Under the pieces are notes generated by a model. That model saw only the letters and a program-made list of their open reading frames with translations, was not told the origin of the DNA and ran no database searches. Positions 44,401 through 53,529 of a DNA stretch of 64,000 nucleotides are shown piece after piece. Made by a program: the position numbers and the translations under genes. This DNA comes from Deltaproteobacteria bacterium (GTDB taxonomy: Bacteria > Myxococcota > Kuafuiibacteriia > Kuafuiibacteriales > Kuafuiibacteriaceae), in NCBI GenBank assembly GCA_040218735.1, contig JAVJQW010000018.1, positions 1 through 64,000 on the forward strand, given 5' to 3'. Position 1 is the first letter of the stretch. Every line of letters starts with the position of its first letter.

Positions 44401-47400
44401 TAGCGCTGCTCCGGGTCGTCGCTCGCGAGCGCCGCGACGACCACCGACAACAGCCGGGCCTGCTCTTCCTCCGACGGAAGGTCCTTGGGCTTCGCTCCGC
44501 GCTCCGGAGTCTTCGGCCCGACCATCGAACGCGCGACGTCTCCGATGGCCTCCTCGTCCGTGCGTGTCTCGAGCGCGCGCGCCGCCGCGAAGCGAACCTC
44601 CGGGTGCGCGCTCGAGAGCGCGAGCACGAGGAGGTCCGGTACGAGCCCCGCCCGTGCGAGCGCGATGTCACGTGCGACGACGATCGCGAGCACGAGGTCC
44701 GCGACCTCGCGATCTGGATCCTGAAGCCCGGCGAGCAACCCGCGCACGCCATCGGGGCCGAGCGCGACGAACCCGAGGATCGCGCCGACGCGTATCGGGC
44801 GGTGATCGTGCGTGAGGGTGCCGGCGAGAACGACGGCCGCGCGGTCGTCGCCGAGGCGCGCGAGGCCCTCCGCCGCCCAGCTCCGCACCGCCATGTCCGC
44901 GTGCGCGAGCGCGTCGACCAGCGGCTTCTCGCGCCCGGGTCGACACGCGGTCGCGAGGCCACGGGCGCCCATCTCGCGGACCGTGCCGTCCTCGTCGTCG
45001 AGGAGGGAGATATAGAACGGGATGACGCTCGGGTCGCCGACGTCCGCGAGCGCCCGCGCCGCGCGTGCGCGCAGGTCGTCGGTCGGGCGATCGAACGCGA
45101 TCTTCGGGATGCGCAGGAGCGCCTTAATCGGCTCCACGGCGCGTTTGTCACGACGTTTGCCGAGCAGCTCCGCCGCGCGCACCCGCAGCTCGAAGAACAC
45201 ACTCGCGAACGCACGCCGGTATGGTTCGACGTCCTGGTGGAACATCGCGTCCGCCGCTTCGATCGCCGCGAGGTGAACGTCACGGTGCTCCTCCGTGATG
45301 AGCTCGAGGAGGCGGGCGCGGAGATCCTCGGCCGGCGCGCGGCGACAGCCCTTGCACCCGGCGGCGCGGACCTCGGGCCGCGGCGAGTGGAGCGCCATCA
45401 GGAACACGTCGGACTTGGTCTCCTCCGCTTCGTCCTTCGTGATCGCTTTCAGCGCGGCGAGCCCCACGTCGGACGACGCGTCCGCGACGAGCGCGAGCAA
45501 CAGACGCCGCGCCCACTCGCCCTCCGCCTTCGCGAGGCGGTCCACGACGGAGCGCCGGACGTCGGCGTGTCTCGAACCCGCGCCCCGCCGCAAGGCAGGT
45601 TGCAAGTCTTCGCTGTGCCACGCGAGCAGCGTGCGCAGCGCCTCGGTGCGGACCTTCGAGGACTCGTCGTCGAGCGCGCGCCCGAGGAGCTCGTCGGCGC
45701 GGGACTCACCCTGCGCGGCGACGACGAGCGCGAGCGATCGGCTCCGGATGTCGTCGCGGCCCGCGTCGAGGGCGAGCGCGGCGAGGTCGAGGCGGGCGTC
45801 GGTGCCCTCTCCCGCGAGGTCGAGCAGAGCCTCGAAGGCCGCGTTGGCGATCTTCTCGCTGGTGTCGTCGAGCAGCCATGACAGGCGCGCGGTCGCGCGG
45901 TCGTCGTTTGGTATCGCGCGCGCGGCGACGAGGAGCGGCGCGACGACCATCGCGCGGACTTCGTCTCGGCTCTCGCGGCTGAGCTGCAGCAGCGCGCCCA
46001 CCGCTCTCAGATCTCCGAGCGCGGCGAGGCGCGCGGCGCCGAGCAACGCGGCGTCCGCACGACGACACGCGAGCGCGGCGAACAGCGGGACGAGGTCGGC
46101 CTCCTCGGGGGCGCCATCGGCTGCCGCCGTGCCGATCGCCTCGAGCGCCTTGGCGGCGTCGGGGTCGACGGCCGCGAGGCGGGCGGCGAGCCGAGGGCGT
46201 GCGGCGACGGCGACGTAGAACGCGGTGCGCCGGATCGCCGCGTCGTCGTCGTCGAGCGAGCGTTCGACGAGGTGCTGTCCGTCGGGGGTCGCGGAGAGGT
46301 TCGACTTCGCGAGGCGGAGGAGCGTCGCCTTGCGAACGTCCGGCGGCCCCCGTTCCAGGGCGACCTCCGCTGCGGCGAGCGGCGCGTCGCGCTCCAGCGT
46401 GAACAGCGATTCGAGCGCGGCCTTTCGGACCTCGTCGTCGCCGTCCGAGAGGCTTCGCGCGACGAGCCCGGGCACCAGCGGCGACGCCGCACGGTGCGCG
46501 GGGAGCCGCTCCACCGCGAGCTTGCGGAGGTCCGCGTGGCTCGAGCTCAGCGCTGCGGTCAGTGGTCCGACGGGGGTTCGAACGTCGATCGTCGCCAGCG
46601 CATCGAACGCTGCGCGGCGCGCACCGGCGTCGGCGTCGTTCAGAGCCGACTTCAGCGCGCCTCGCGAGCGACGCCGTTCGCCCCGCCCGATGGCGGCGGC
46701 GGCGGCCTTGCGGACCTCGGCGTCGCGGTCCTGGGTCAGCGCGCGGTCGAGTAGCTCGCGGGCTTCGTCTTCCGCGAGGCCCTCCAGCATCATCACCGCG
46801 TCGAGCCGCGCTTGGCTGCCGCGTGCGCCGAGGTCGGCCGAGAGGCGCTCGAACGCGGAGCCGTAGCGCTTCGTCTTGTGGGGTGCGCCCTTGCCGTCGA
46901 GGCCGACGATCGTCAGGCGCCGGTCTTCGCCGACCAACGCGATTCGCTCGGCGTCCAGCAGCACGCCGGACGTCAACGTACCGCCGACCTCGGTGAGCTT
47001 CGGTTTGCGACGGCTGTCGACGAACCACGACGCGAGGTTGCCGTCCTGCCCGACGGAGTGCAGCCGCCCGGGCCCCACGAACAACGCGACCACCGGACCG
47101 CGGTGGGCCTGGTCGCCGGAGCGGTCCTCTTCGTCGACGGCGCCCTCGAGGAAACACAGGCGAATCGATCCGTCCCCGCACCCCACCGCGACTCGACCGT
47201 CGCCCGTGAACGCGAGTGAACGTACGCCGCCTTCGCCGCACGGCATCCGGCGCGGCTCGCCGCTCCGCATCGCGAACACGACGCCTTCGTCGCCGCCGGT
47301 CGCAACGGTCTCACTGCTCGGGTCGAAGGTGGTCGCGCGCAGCGGCTCCTTCGACAGCACGACCGACGTCAGCTCGGTGCCGTTGGCGTCGAGCACGAGC

Positions 47401-47753
47401 ACCGACCCGTCTTCGCGCGCGGCGTAGACACGTTGGTCCGCGACCAGCGCGTTGGTCTTCGAGCCCGGGTGTGCGGCGCCGAGTGTCGGTCGGTTGCCGG
47501 AGAGGTCGTAGATGGTGAGGCCGCCGCGCTCGTCGGCGACGAAGAGGCGGTCCTCGCCCGAGAAGGCGAGCGCCGTGACCGGCGCGCCGACGTCGATGGC
47601 GTGTTTGGGCTCCAGCTTCTTGCCTTCGAAGACGTGAACGGTGGAGGCCGCGACGTTCGGCGCGTCGCGCCGCCCGCCGATCGCGACGCGCCGCCCTGAA
47701 GGCGTGCATGCGACCGCGGTGAGTCGCTCGAGGTGCGGTCGGAAGTCAGCCAC
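41493..47753 (-). CDS. Retron-associated giant WD40 + HEAT/ARM repeat protein (~2086 aa)
   Basis: N-terminal WD40-like blades ('VTALAFS', 'VATGGDEG', 'AVGCGDGSIR'), then many HEAT units ('ALxDxDxxVR'). GTG start at 47753 has a GGGAG RBS and overlaps the upstream stop. Confidence 0.85.
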   Translation of the reverse strand: MADFRPHLERLTAVACTPSGRRVAIGGRRDAPNVAASTVHVFEGKKLEPKHAIDVGAPVTALAFSGEDRLFVADERGGLTIYDLSGNRPTLGAAHPGSKTNALVADQRVYAAREDGSVLVLDANGTELTSVVLSKEPLRATTFDPSSETVATGGDEGVVFAMRSGEPRRMPCGEGGVRSLAFTGDGRVAVGCGDGSIRLCFLEGAVDEEDRSGDQAHRGPVVALFVGPGRLHSVGQDGNLASWFVDSRRKPKLTEVGGTLTSGVLLDAERIALVGEDRRLTIVGLDGKGAPHKTKRYGSAFERLSADLGARGSQARLDAVMMLEGLAEDEARELLDRALTQDRDAEVRKAAAAAIGRGERRRSRGALKSALNDADAGARRAAFDALATIDVRTPVGPLTAALSSSHADLRKLAVERLPAHRAASPLVPGLVARSLSDGDDEVRKAALESLFTLERDAPLAAAEVALERGPPDVRKATLLRLAKSNLSATPDGQHLVERSLDDDDAAIRRTAFYVAVAARPRLAARLAAVDPDAAKALEAIGTAAADGAPEEADLVPLFAALACRRADAALLGAARLAALGDLRAVGALLQLSRESRDEVRAMVVAPLLVAARAIPNDDRATARLSWLLDDTSEKIANAAFEALLDLAGEGTDARLDLAALALDAGRDDIRSRSLALVVAAQGESRADELLGRALDDESSKVRTEALRTLLAWHSEDLQPALRRGAGSRHADVRRSVVDRLAKAEGEWARRLLLALVADASSDVGLAALKAITKDEAEETKSDVFLMALHSPRPEVRAAGCKGCRRAPAEDLRARLLELITEEHRDVHLAAIEAADAMFHQDVEPYRRAFASVFFELRVRAAELLGKRRDKRAVEPIKALLRIPKIAFDRPTDDLRARAARALADVGDPSVIPFYISLLDDEDGTVREMGARGLATACRPGREKPLVDALAHADMAVRSWAAEGLARLGDDRAAVVLAGTLTHDHRPIRVGAILGFVALGPDGVRGLLAGLQDPDREVADLVLAIVVARDIALARAGLVPDLLVLALSSAHPEVRFAAARALETRTDEEAIGDVARSMVGPKTPERGAKPKDLPSEEEQARLLSVVVAALASDDPEQRYAAARVLELRATPKGYWREARRLARPGGGARPHTNWEDESRTRTKKGWLRRLFARGEAKPGPVDEVLFGTYAGLVRQAPPEGEADETHRVRRDSVARLVALSSLASVGRDAVLPIVRRALSDPHHLVRRRAQTALTELYPEDPITPLLLSLDSSADDVGRTAVDLVIERALEGDAAARELAPRTLAAKSRDARAHALSRLPRLFEEGSLEPWFIALESPFADVRRLVVDRLAALPNADDHEARIRAALGRALESDHEDLRMQAARSLARRGDPRTADVFAGFLRSDDERTASRAIDGLVTLASAANEHAATAATALTGRLEDDPDATADRRAIVRALGRIGSDAASDTLFAILADEDTALGDTGWEALVAIARDTSRPSVPITDGGARLRYHDALAIRYAGVAAASIRPELRIAAATLLNAVEDADAEVTLAKLIDDRDADVRVAAAESIAFRAEHIEGASIAALERAIAAGRRELVLPAAVGLAVRGRVEAFRPLLLVLKAGLPHERQQAMLGLGVLGDDRAVDELIAFVDPSAELEEADLALVPFAAEALASMVPRIVDEERRREIRSTVVRLAREGTADVRRQTITGLRRAGDDASREQIERIVADRYDDLNLRRFAIDQLIVLAPAASELVLADALGDPDRAVRRKALAALTKTFADDPTRVALHALDSQHSDVSAPAAAFLAKGGDAATLVSRIAAIEDREVRRRLRLGLARRGLAPSEELRALLASDDGHARAEAAFLAGAAGNLALGPDVLGALERSEREKDHRAWHAAMWAAARLKADASAAAYRAITSEDAPADVRVEALRLIAAVGSAGDVARLKPALSASDASVRAAAAATIVALDAAAAPAILRETAVPDPGAVGPMVSAALDADATAVLASDERPIALFSAVGDRRVDALVATAAGSGESAARLSAIYALGRVGTDAAANALQSILDTEGEPDAVRAATFKALRRAQRQQQREART

Positions 47754-50421
47754 GTCGCGGCTCCCCGACGGCCGGCGGCAGCTTCGTCTCGACGTCGCCG
47801 TGTGTCGCGCGGATGCGCGCGAGCGCCGCGACGCACGCCTGCCACTCCCCCTGGGCGGCCGAAGCCATGAACTCGTCGAACACCGGCACCACGACGTCGG
47901 CGAAGGCGCGGTCTTCGATCGCGAGGTCCCGCATGACCTCGACGAGCCGCCGCTTCGCGACGCTCGCCGGGAACGGACGCGCGGGTGCGAGCTCGGCGTC
48001 GAGCTCTCTTCGTTCCATACGACCCGGCGGTAGCCCGAACAAGACGGTGCGGAGGAACTGCCGGAGCGCCTCGCCAGACGCGCCTTCACGGCCGTGTTTG
48101 CGCCACAACAGGCGCACCGCGAAGAGCCGCACGTCGCGGTCGGGGCTCTCCATCAGCCACGCGAGGCGCCGTGCGCCGCCGACGCGATCGTAGTGTCGCT
48201 CGATCAACGTCAGCGCGATCTCGCGCGTGGCCTTCACGTGGCTCTCGGCGAGCGCGAACAACCGCACGTCGTCGAGCCACTCCGACGGCACCGAGATCTC
48301 CGCGTCCTCGTCACCGATACCGAACAGCGCCTCGGCGGCGAGCTGTCGCCCCTCGCGGAAGCGGCTGTCGGCGAGCTCGTACACGAGCGCCGCGTCGCCC
48401 CAGCGCACGAGCTCCTGGCGCCCGACTCGTACCGCGAGGCGGCGTACGTCGGCGCGCTCGTCGGTGAACCCGGAGCGCACGTAGGCGAGGCCGTACGCGG
48501 CGTGGTCGAGCTTCGGCGCGATGGCGAGTGAGCGACCCTCGTTGGTCGTCGGTCCGAGCACCGGGTGGTGCACCGCAAGGTAGGTTGCAGCGAACCGACG
48601 CACGGGCTCCGCCTGCTTCGGCCCCGTCGCGAGGTGCCACAGGCGCTCGATGCCGCCGAAGTCGTCCGGTGTGAAGTGCTCGAGGAGGTACTGGTGCGCG
48701 AAGCTCGCGAGCGCCTCGTCCGTGCGCCGTGTCATCGCGAGGAGCCACTCCAGCCCGACGCGCCCCGGCCGCACGAGCTTCGGGTTGGAGAGGATGCCGA
48801 TCGCCAGCGGCCGCAGGCTCGGCCGCATCACGAGGCCCTTCACCCACTCCACGTCGAGCGCGTCGCCGGACAGCATTCCGTCGAGCAGCCAGCGGGACAC
48901 CGTGGACTGCAGCGCCGGGTTCATCACGGCCTCTTTCAGCCACGCCGCGCCGATCTCCTGGCCGCTCCGGGTCGAGAGCATCTTCAGGGCGTCGCGCCGC
49001 TCCGACCAGCCGCAGCGCCGGTCCTCGAGGAGCTGCGTGAGGTACGCCGCGGGGATGGTTTGCTCCGCGTCTCGGAAGAGCTTCTCGACGAGCCCCTTCA
49101 TCTCGCGGCCGCTCGTGTAGAGCGCGATGAACTGCTCGGCGCTCAGGTCACGAGGCTGGTACCCGCGCCGCAGCATCTCGGTCGCCAGCTCGCGCGCGGC
49201 GCGTACGCGGAGAAGTCGCGTGAGGTGGTCGAGGCCGATCGTCTTCGGGTCGAGCTTGCCGAGGCGCTCGAGCGCGAAGTCACGGGCGTCGGCCGGACCT
49301 TCGACGAGCTCGACGAGGCGGTCCACCGGGAGGTTCGGCACGTGCGCGCGAACGTAGGCGAGGGCGTACCGCCGCGCGGCTTCGCTCTCGCTGTCGAGGA
49401 AGCGGACCACCATGTCGCCGAGTCCGAGTGCGGCGAGCTTCGACTGGTGCAGCTCCGGGCTCTCTTCGAGGAGGCGCACCACGAACGCGTGCACGGAGCC
49501 GAGCGGACGGCGCGCGATGCGCTCCAGCCACTTCGGATCCACCTTCTCCTTCTCGCCGGGGAAGTCCGTCTCGATGCAGCGAATCGCGAAGCGACACACG
49601 GAGTCGTTGTTCGCGTCCTCCAGGAGGCGCAAGACAGGTTGCGGCGACGCCTTCCACGCCTCGTGGGCGTAGCGCTTCTCGAGATCGTCCGGCGGCCCGT
49701 CCATCCACGACGAGCCGCTCCCCTCGTACTCCAGATCCGCGTGCGCCCAGATCTGATTCGCGACCCACGACCCCGCGAACTTGAACCGCTGCGGATAGTG
49801 GCTCAGGACCTGCGCGGCGAGCGATGGATAGACGTCCGGCAGCGCGCGGCCGAGCTCGCGGAGGTACCGCCACGCGCGCCGCCGCATGTACAGGACGGTG
49901 CCGGGGAGGATCTCGTCGGTGCGGTACGGCGTCTGCGGGAGGGCGTCGAGGCGCCACAGGAGCACGCCGAGCATCCGCACGTCGTGTTCGTCCTCCGCGC
50001 GTTTGTAGATCGCCTTGAACGCCTGCCAGGTGCCCCACCCGAGTCGGGCGCGCGCGAAGACGTCGACGAGGAGCTGCCGATGCCACGCGTCGCCGCCCTC
50101 GTAGAACGCGGTGAGCATCGGCCCGAGGTCGAGGCGCGGCGGGTGATGGGGCGCGGCGATCACCTGCTTCCACGCCTCGGCGCGTATCACCTTCTTCTCG
50201 TCGTCGGTCTTGCCGTCGAGGGTGTTCGGGTGGAGCGAAGTGCGGAGCCGCTGAAGCGTGAACGCATCCGCCGCCGCCGGGTCGGCTTCGTCGGCACCCT
50301 CCGCGCGGTCCTCGGGCGGGTCGGGTTGCTCGAGGTAACTCACGATCAGAGCGGCCGCCTCCGGGCTCCGATCGTCGAGCGCGCGCTGGACGTCTGCAAA
50401 CGTGATGGCGGCGCCGCTCAT
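47746..50421 (-). CDS. Retron-associated ARM/HEAT-like hypothetical protein (~891 aa)
   Basis: Helical L/A/R-rich protein with HEAT-like units ('FLDSESEAARRYAL', 'LMESPDRDVRLFAV'); first gene of the coupled operon; start re-assigned to MSGAA. Confidence 0.75.
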   Translation of the reverse strand: MSGAAITFADVQRALDDRSPEAAALIVSYLEQPDPPEDRAEGADEADPAAADAFTLQRLRTSLHPNTLDGKTDDEKKVIRAEAWKQVIAAPHHPPRLDLGPMLTAFYEGGDAWHRQLLVDVFARARLGWGTWQAFKAIYKRAEDEHDVRMLGVLLWRLDALPQTPYRTDEILPGTVLYMRRRAWRYLRELGRALPDVYPSLAAQVLSHYPQRFKFAGSWVANQIWAHADLEYEGSGSSWMDGPPDDLEKRYAHEAWKASPQPVLRLLEDANNDSVCRFAIRCIETDFPGEKEKVDPKWLERIARRPLGSVHAFVVRLLEESPELHQSKLAALGLGDMVVRFLDSESEAARRYALAYVRAHVPNLPVDRLVELVEGPADARDFALERLGKLDPKTIGLDHLTRLLRVRAARELATEMLRRGYQPRDLSAEQFIALYTSGREMKGLVEKLFRDAEQTIPAAYLTQLLEDRRCGWSERRDALKMLSTRSGQEIGAAWLKEAVMNPALQSTVSRWLLDGMLSGDALDVEWVKGLVMRPSLRPLAIGILSNPKLVRPGRVGLEWLLAMTRRTDEALASFAHQYLLEHFTPDDFGGIERLWHLATGPKQAEPVRRFAATYLAVHHPVLGPTTNEGRSLAIAPKLDHAAYGLAYVRSGFTDERADVRRLAVRVGRQELVRWGDAALVYELADSRFREGRQLAAEALFGIGDEDAEISVPSEWLDDVRLFALAESHVKATREIALTLIERHYDRVGGARRLAWLMESPDRDVRLFAVRLLWRKHGREGASGEALRQFLRTVLFGLPPGRMERRELDAELAPARPFPASVAKRRLVEVMRDLAIEDRAFADVVVPVFDEFMASAAQGEWQACVAALARIRATHGDVETKLPPAVGEPRRG

Positions 50422-50563
50422 CCGGGCCCCGCGATCTAGCAGCGGCCGGACTTGGGGGCAAACCGGGGAGGGGGAGGCATCGACAGGCCCCCGCGTCGGT
50501 GCCAGAACGAGCCCCGATGGCCGAGACCCGAGCGGCGAAACCGACGATCGAGGCGCGGTGACG

Positions 50564-51934
50564 ATGCCCCCGTTCCTCACCCTCGTCGCCCTGACTTCGT
50601 CGACCGCGACCGTCGCCGACGTGCCGACCGCCACCGTCGCCGCCGCGACGGTTCGCCCCGAGGACGCCAACAGCCGGATCGACACCCCCGGCCCGACCTA
50701 CACCGACGTGCTGCTGTTCATGCCCCGGCTCGTTCTGGCGCCGGTACGCTACACACTCGCGCTCGTCGCCTGGCCGCTGCGCAAGGGACTCGAGCTCGTC
50801 GAGGAGTATCGGGTCATCGAGCACACGATCGACCTGCTCTACAACGACGCGCGCACCGCGGGGTTCTTTCCCACCGTCGACTTCTTCTCCTCGCAGGGCA
50901 CGACCGTGGGGGGCCGGCTCTTTCACAACGACGTGTTCGGCAACGGCGAGACCGTCTCGCTCAGCGCCAAGCTGGGCGGCCTCTACGCTCAGGGGTACGC
51001 GCTCGACTTCGGCGCCGATCGCCTCGCCGACACCCCGTTGTGGATCGAAGGCTCCGCGCGCTGGGAGCGCCGCCCGCGCCTGTACTTCGAGGGCATCGGC
51101 AACCTCGACACGACCACCAGCTTCACCGGGCTCCAGGACCCGTACGTCGCCGCCGTCCCCACGCGCTTCGCGCAGGAGCGCGTGCTCGGTCGACTCCGAC
51201 TCGGGACCACGCACGGCCCCGCGGACGGGCGCGTGAAGATCGGGACCTCGCTGTTCTTCAACCACCGCCACTTCGGCCCGGCCGACCGCCTCGGTGACGA
51301 CGAACGCTCCATCGAGACCGTCTACGACACGTCGAGGATCGTCGGATTCGACGACGGCTTCTCACTCTTCGAAGTCACCGCAGACCTCGTCCTCGACTTC
51401 CGCAACCGCCCCGGCCAGACCTCACGCGGCTTCTTCTTCGAGGCGTTCGCGGGCGGTGTGCCGGAGCAGGACGGTCGCCGCTTCTTCCACTGGGGCGCCG
51501 ATTTAGCCGTGTTCATCGAGGTCTTCGCCGAGACCCGCGTCCTCGTCCTGCACGGCGCGGTCGAGGGTGTCGAAGGTGAACGCGAACGCATCCCGTTCAC
51601 GGAGCTGCCGCGGCTGGGCGGCGCCGGACGCCTCCGTGGCTACCAGGTCGATCACTTCCGCGGTGAGAAGGCGGCGATCACCAGCCTCGAATATCACTAC
51701 CCCATTCATCAGCTCCTGCGCGGGGTGCTGTTCGTCGACGCCGGGCGTGTCGCCGATACCTACGCCGATCTCTTCGACACTTACGCTTGGCGCTACTCGG
51801 CGGGCGGTGGGTTGAAGATCGGGACCGAGGAGAGCACGTGGCTGCAGATCGATCTCGCCTACGGCGACGGTCTCTTCCTCACGATCTCCTCCGCTCCGTT
51901 CCGATCGTTCTCGGGGAGGACGGAGCGACTATGA
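50564..51934 (+). CDS. Omp85/BamA-TamA family outer-membrane barrel protein without obvious POTRA domains
   Basis: Omp85 lid motif 'LGGAGRLRGY..DHFRG', 'LEYHYP', 'LFVDAGRV', 'SAGGGLK'. Confidence 0.82.
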   Translation: MPPFLTLVALTSSTATVADVPTATVAAATVRPEDANSRIDTPGPTYTDVLLFMPRLVLAPVRYTLALVAWPLRKGLELVEEYRVIEHTIDLLYNDARTAGFFPTVDFFSSQGTTVGGRLFHNDVFGNGETVSLSAKLGGLYAQGYALDFGADRLADTPLWIEGSARWERRPRLYFEGIGNLDTTTSFTGLQDPYVAAVPTRFAQERVLGRLRLGTTHGPADGRVKIGTSLFFNHRHFGPADRLGDDERSIETVYDTSRIVGFDDGFSLFEVTADLVLDFRNRPGQTSRGFFFEAFAGGVPEQDGRRFFHWGADLAVFIEVFAETRVLVLHGAVEGVEGERERIPFTELPRLGGAGRLRGYQVDHFRGEKAAITSLEYHYPIHQLLRGVLFVDAGRVADTYADLFDTYAWRYSAGGGLKIGTEESTWLQIDLAYGDGLFLTISSAPFRSFSGRTERL

Positions 51935-53529
51935 GAAGGCTCGCGCTCGCTCTGCTCCTCACGTCGTGCGCCACACCTCCGCGTTTCGCGGACCGGCCGA
52001 TCGTCACTCGGGTCGACGACACCCGGGACATTCCGCGCCCCGCGTCGAATGAGTTCTACGCGTTCCGCTACATGGCCGACGTCTTCGTGTTCCGCAGCGC
52101 GACGCGCGCGATGGAGCTACGAACGACGCAACCCGCCTTGTCGACGAACGCAGTCGACGAGGTCCCGGACTCGACCTGGTTCACGAACCGTGTCGGCGTG
52201 CGGGAGGTCACCCCGGAGGAGGCCGCGACGGGCCCCGGCACCGATGGTCCGCCGAAGCCGCCCTTCACGATCATCCCCGGCAAGTCCGGCGGAGGGAACG
52301 CGGGTTTCGTCGTGAAGGACACCTCGGGGCGTGCTTTCCTGATGAAGTTCGACCTGAAGGACAACCCACAGATGCAGACCGCGACCGACGCGATCGTGAG
52401 CCGTCTCTTCTGGTTGATGGGTTGGAACGTCCCCGCCGACTACGTCGTCGTCTTCGATCGCAGTGAGTTGTCGATCGGCGAAGGTGCGACCACCAAGGAC
52501 GAGCTGGGTGAGAAGCGCTCGCTCACCGACGAGGACGTCGATACGGCGTTGGGCACCGCACCCCGCCGCGCCGACGGGCGCTTCCGCGCGCTGACCAGCA
52601 CGTTCGTCCCCGGGAAGGTGCTCGGAGGCATCGTCCCCGAAGGGGTTCGCGAGGACGATGCCAACGACACCATCCCGCACGAACACCGCCGCGAGCTGCG
52701 TGGCCTCCTCGCGCCCGCGGCGTGGCTGAATCACACCGACATGAAGGAGGACAACCTCCTCGACACGTGGGTCGAAGAGGACGGCCGCCACTTCGTGCGT
52801 CACTACCTCGTCGACTTCGGTGAAGCGCTCGGCGCGCACGCCGCAGAAAAGGGTCGGCTCGAGGATGGGTATGAGTACTTCATCGACTGGTCTGCGGTCG
52901 TTCGTGGGTTGTTCTCGTTCGGGCTATGGGTTCGTGAGTGGGAGTCACTCGAGACCTCTGAGTTCCTCTCCGTCGGTGCGTTCGCGGCGGAACCGTTCGA
53001 TCCGTACACGTGGCACGAGGCGTATCCGTTCTGGGCGTTCGACGAAGCGGACGCCGCGGACCGCTACTGGGGGGCGAAGCTCGTCATGTCCGTGCGGCGC
53101 GAGCAGCTGGAAGCGATCGTGAAGGAGGGCCGACTGTCCGCGGACGCTTCGGCCTACCTCGTCGACACCTTGGTCGCGCGTCAGAAGAAGGTCGGGCGGG
53201 CGTTCTTCGGCGCCGTCTCACCGATCGATCACCTGTCGGCGCGGGAGGACGCGTGGTGCGGCGTGGACCTCGGCGTCGCCTTCGGCCTCGGAGATCACGG
53301 CGTCGTCGAGGTGCTCGACGACTACGGCGAGGACGCCGAGGACGTACGAGCCGAAATCACCGTCGACCACGAAGGGGCGTTCTGCGTCCCGCTCACGGGG
53401 GACGGGTACACGGTCTATCGCGTGCGAACGCGCCGCGGGAAAGAGCACCACCCCGTGATGCAGGTGCACGTGATGCAGGACGGGCGGCCGCGCATCCTCG
53501 GCGTCATTCGGGTCGAGCCGGCGCGCTGA
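51931..53529 (+). CDS. Lipoprotein with atypical protein-kinase-like fold
   Basis: Lipobox 'LTSC'; Gly loop 'KSGGGNAG'; 'FLMKFD'; catalytic-loop-like 'HTDMKEDN'; 'LVDFG'; ATGA-coupled to the Omp85 gene. Confidence 0.7.
   Translation: MRRLALALLLTSCATPPRFADRPIVTRVDDTRDIPRPASNEFYAFRYMADVFVFRSATRAMELRTTQPALSTNAVDEVPDSTWFTNRVGVREVTPEEAATGPGTDGPPKPPFTIIPGKSGGGNAGFVVKDTSGRAFLMKFDLKDNPQMQTATDAIVSRLFWLMGWNVPADYVVVFDRSELSIGEGATTKDELGEKRSLTDEDVDTALGTAPRRADGRFRALTSTFVPGKVLGGIVPEGVREDDANDTIPHEHRRELRGLLAPAAWLNHTDMKEDNLLDTWVEEDGRHFVRHYLVDFGEALGAHAAEKGRLEDGYEYFIDWSAVVRGLFSFGLWVREWESLETSEFLSVGAFAAEPFDPYTWHEAYPFWAFDEADAADRYWGAKLVMSVRREQLEAIVKEGRLSADASAYLVDTLVARQKKVGRAFFGAVSPIDHLSAREDAWCGVDLGVAFGLGDHGVVEVLDDYGEDAEDVRAEITVDHEGAFCVPLTGDGYTVYRVRTRRGKEHHPVMQVHVMQDGRPRILGVIRVEPAR

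Noticed and set aside
41445-45881. 1478-aa plus-strand ORF
   Set aside because: Antisense shadow of the HEAT-repeat gene; R/G-rich with no motifs, as expected in high-GC DNA.
38003-50560. Integrative element or prophage at tRNA-Pro
   Set aside because: No integrase, phage genes or att duplication seen in the window.
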